Below are positions 24,464 through 26,425 of a DNA stretch of 26,425 nucleotides, piece by piece. Source of the DNA: a virus (taxonomy: Duplodnaviria > Caudoviricetes); the IMG/VR virus record IMGVR_UViG_3300009155_000217, positions 1 to 26,425 of that record. One strand, given 5' to 3'. Position 1 is the stretch's first letter; each line of letters opens with the position of its first letter. Position numbers and translations under genes: made by a program. Under the pieces are notes generated by a model. That model saw only the letters and a program-made list of their open reading frames with translations. It had not been told where the DNA came from and did not search any database.

Positions 24464-25872
24464 TGCCAGCAGATAGAGTTAAAGATTACGGGGCATTTAA
24501 TGAACTTCCAAAACCAGCAGCCCCTGCTGCTCAAGTAGTTGGCTCAATTGGAAGTGTATCTGCTGTATCTGGATTAACAGTTACTGGCAATGAAAGAAAT
24601 ATTTCTAAGGAAAAAGAAGCATTAGACCTTGGGTATAGCAAAGATTATATTACTTCTCGTGGTGGCATAAATTCACAAGGTTACTTTAATGATACTCCAT
24701 TATCAGGACAATTAAGTGCTGAAGAACAAAAACAAGTAAGACTCCCTAATGGAAATACTGACACTATTGCAATGGCCAAAATTCTTCAAGATAAAAAAAG
24801 AGTTGAATTAAAAGGTCAAGGACTTTCTGATGCAGACATTGAAAAGAAATTAACTTCAGAGTGGGGCGATTTATATAGCGCAACATCTGGTAGTAATGTC
24901 GGCGGATTTGATGCTAGTGGTAAACCAGTAACGGGTGGGCAGTATGACGCTCAGGGAAAATTCGTAGGAGGTGGAACCTCCGGGTCAGGCCTACCAGGTA
25001 GCAACATAGATAAACTTACAAAAGATGCTTATGCTCTTATTGAAGATACATTTAACTCCTATGGTTTAAGTGAACTTGCTTCTGTTATCAAAGGTTATAT
25101 GCTTGCAGGTCTTGGGGCTGAGCAAGCCAAACTACAGATTAAACAGGAACCAATATATAAAGCTAGATTTAAAGGTAATGAACTGCGTTTAGCCTCAGGG
25201 TTAAATGCTTTATCTGAAGCTGAGTATTTAAACATGGAAGATACATATAGTCAGGTTATGAATCAGTATGGCTTAGGTGATTACTTTGGAAAAACTAGTA
25301 CTGCACGTCAGCCTAAGCTAGCCGAAATAATTGGCGGAGATATTTCACCTTTAGAATTAAAGAGTAGAGTATCTACAGTAGTAGACAGAGTTAACAATGC
25401 TGACCCTGCTATTAAAGCGCAACTTAAAGAATTTTATCCTGGGATTACAGAAACAGATTTAGTTAAATACTTCTTAGACCCTAAGCAAACATTACCGCAA
25501 CTACAAGAGAAAGTAACATCTGCTGAGATTGGTGCCGCTGCTACTGCTCAAGGATTAAATACCAATATGACTAGTGCTAGTGACCTAGCTAAATACGGTA
25601 TTGACCGTGCTACTGCAATTAAAGGTTACTCAACCATTGGTGGATTGCTTCCCGAAGCTCAGAAATTAAGCAGTATTTATGGTGAAGCTGGAATTGATTA
25701 CACACAGACTACAGCTGAACAAGAAGTCTTTAAAGGTAATGCATCTGCTGAGCGTAAGCGTAAACAATTAGCCGCTCTTGAGACCGCACAATTTAGTGGG
25801 TCAGCTGGAGTTGGCACTGCCGGTTTAAGTACTACTTACTTAAGGAAGTCATCTAGCGGCGGACAGTTCTAA
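24463..25872 (+). CDS. Probable internal virion protein
   Basis: 469 aa with a Gly-rich linker and helical C-terminal half; TAATG-coupled. Confidence 0.55.
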   Translation: MPADRVKDYGAFNELPKPAAPAAQVVGSIGSVSAVSGLTVTGNERNISKEKEALDLGYSKDYITSRGGINSQGYFNDTPLSGQLSAEEQKQVRLPNGNTDTIAMAKILQDKKRVELKGQGLSDADIEKKLTSEWGDLYSATSGSNVGGFDASGKPVTGGQYDAQGKFVGGGTSGSGLPGSNIDKLTKDAYALIEDTFNSYGLSELASVIKGYMLAGLGAEQAKLQIKQEPIYKARFKGNELRLASGLNALSEAEYLNMEDTYSQVMNQYGLGDYFGKTSTARQPKLAEIIGGDISPLELKSRVSTVVDRVNNADPAIKAQLKEFYPGITETDLVKYFLDPKQTLPQLQEKVTSAEIGAAATAQGLNTNMTSASDLAKYGIDRATAIKGYSTIGGLLPEAQKLSSIYGEAGIDYTQTTAEQEVFKGNASAERKRKQLAALETAQFSGSAGVGTAGLSTTYLRKSSSGGQF

Positions 25873-25880
25873 ATAGAATC

Positions 25881-26002
25881 CTATGTGAATCCATCGGCCT
25901 CACATAGCGTATTAGACCGATAGCAAGAGCCAGACCGATTCCCCGATTGGAACCTGAGGCTTGCGACTACAACGAATAGAAGGGTGGGTTGCTATGAGCA
26001 AC
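25881..26002 (+). ncRNA. Candidate structured cis-regulatory RNA leader (pseudoknot plus hairpins) of the scaffold gene
   Basis: 8-bp stem CTATGTGA/TCACATAG whose loop ATCGG is complementary to downstream CCGAT; second domain GCAA...TTGC; AUG enclosed in GTTGCT-ATG-AGCAAC. Confidence 0.55.
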
Positions 26003-26425
26003 AACTACTGGGATGAAGACGAAGACGACCAAGATACCGACAACGAAGCGCAGTTGGATGGAAGTGACTTACTTAAAAAGTTACGGAAAGCCAAGCGTAA
26101 TGATGAGAAGCGTATTAAGGAACTCACTGAGCAGCTTGAGGGATTATCCAAGATGCAGCGTGAGCGTACAGTCAAAGAGGTCCTAGAAAAGAAGGGTGTC
26201 AATCCAAAGGCACAACGTTTAATCCTTAAAGACTTGGAAGACATTAACGAAGAGTCAGTGAATAACTGGCTTGATGATAATGGCGACTTGTTTGGATTAA
26301 CAAAGGAGCCAGAGGTAAACCCAGAACAAGAACTTAATCGAGCAGCCTTACGGCAGCAAGATGTAGTTACTCAGTTAGGCACGACCCCTGACAAAGCCCA
26401 AGACTTATTGAATAGAGTTATGAAT
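25994..26425 (+). CDS. Capsid scaffolding protein (3' truncated; not in ORF track)
   Basis: MSNNYWDEDEDDQDTD...LLKKLRKAKRNDEKRIKELTEQLEGL...: acidic N-terminus then coiled coil, open to the window end. Confidence 0.75.
   Translation, partial: MSNNYWDEDEDDQDTDNEAQLDGSDLLKKLRKAKRNDEKRIKELTEQLEGLSKMQRERTVKEVLEKKGVNPKAQRLILKDLEDINEESVNNWLDDNGDLFGLTKEPEVNPEQELNRAALRQQDVVTQLGTTPDKAQDLLNRVMN

Noticed and set aside
523-26244. Short antisense or alternate-frame ORFs in the track (e.g. 523-750, 2587-2796, 7394-7669, 13337-13690, 19286-19600, 21896-22198, 26005-26244)
   Set aside because: They lie inside well-supported genes with no recognisable motifs and are treated as shadow ORFs.
1-26425. Stop-codon reassignment or tRNA genes
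   Set aside because: Long genes are intact under the standard code, TAA, TAG and TGA all end genes, and no cloverleaf was recognised by eye. tRNAscan-SE would confirm.

Overview
The window is part of a tailed-phage genome, probably a lytic podovirus-like phage of low-GC (freshwater-type) Actinobacteria. The host call is inferred from whiB, an actinophage-like gene order and AT-rich DNA judged by eye. It opens with the end of the lysis cassette (CHAP-type endolysin, holin, terminator; 1-411, +). A complete leftward early/replication arm follows (393-11860, -): small early genes, SSB-like protein, secreted lytic transglycosylase, putative amidoligase, class II glutamine amidotransferase, a split Cas4/AddB-like exonuclease, DnaB-like ATPase, Holliday junction resolvase, split primase, DUF1599-like protein, metallophosphoesterase, sigma-like factor, FmdB-like zinc ribbon, WhiB and a PD-(D/E)XK nuclease. 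A hairpin-dense divergent intergenic region lies at about 11870-12480. The rightward morphogenesis arm contains terminase, portal, a proteasome-beta/HslV-like Thr peptidase, three coupled probable internal virion proteins, a structured leader and a truncated scaffold gene. The best leads are the exonuclease whose four Fe-S ligands are split over two ORFs with a zinc-finger microgene between them, the transglycosylase-amidoligase-GATase module, the proteasome-like peptidase in the head module, a pseudoknot/switch leader upstream of the scaffold, and a possible ncRNA upstream of terminase. All calls come from motif recognition by eye; no searches or folding programs were run.
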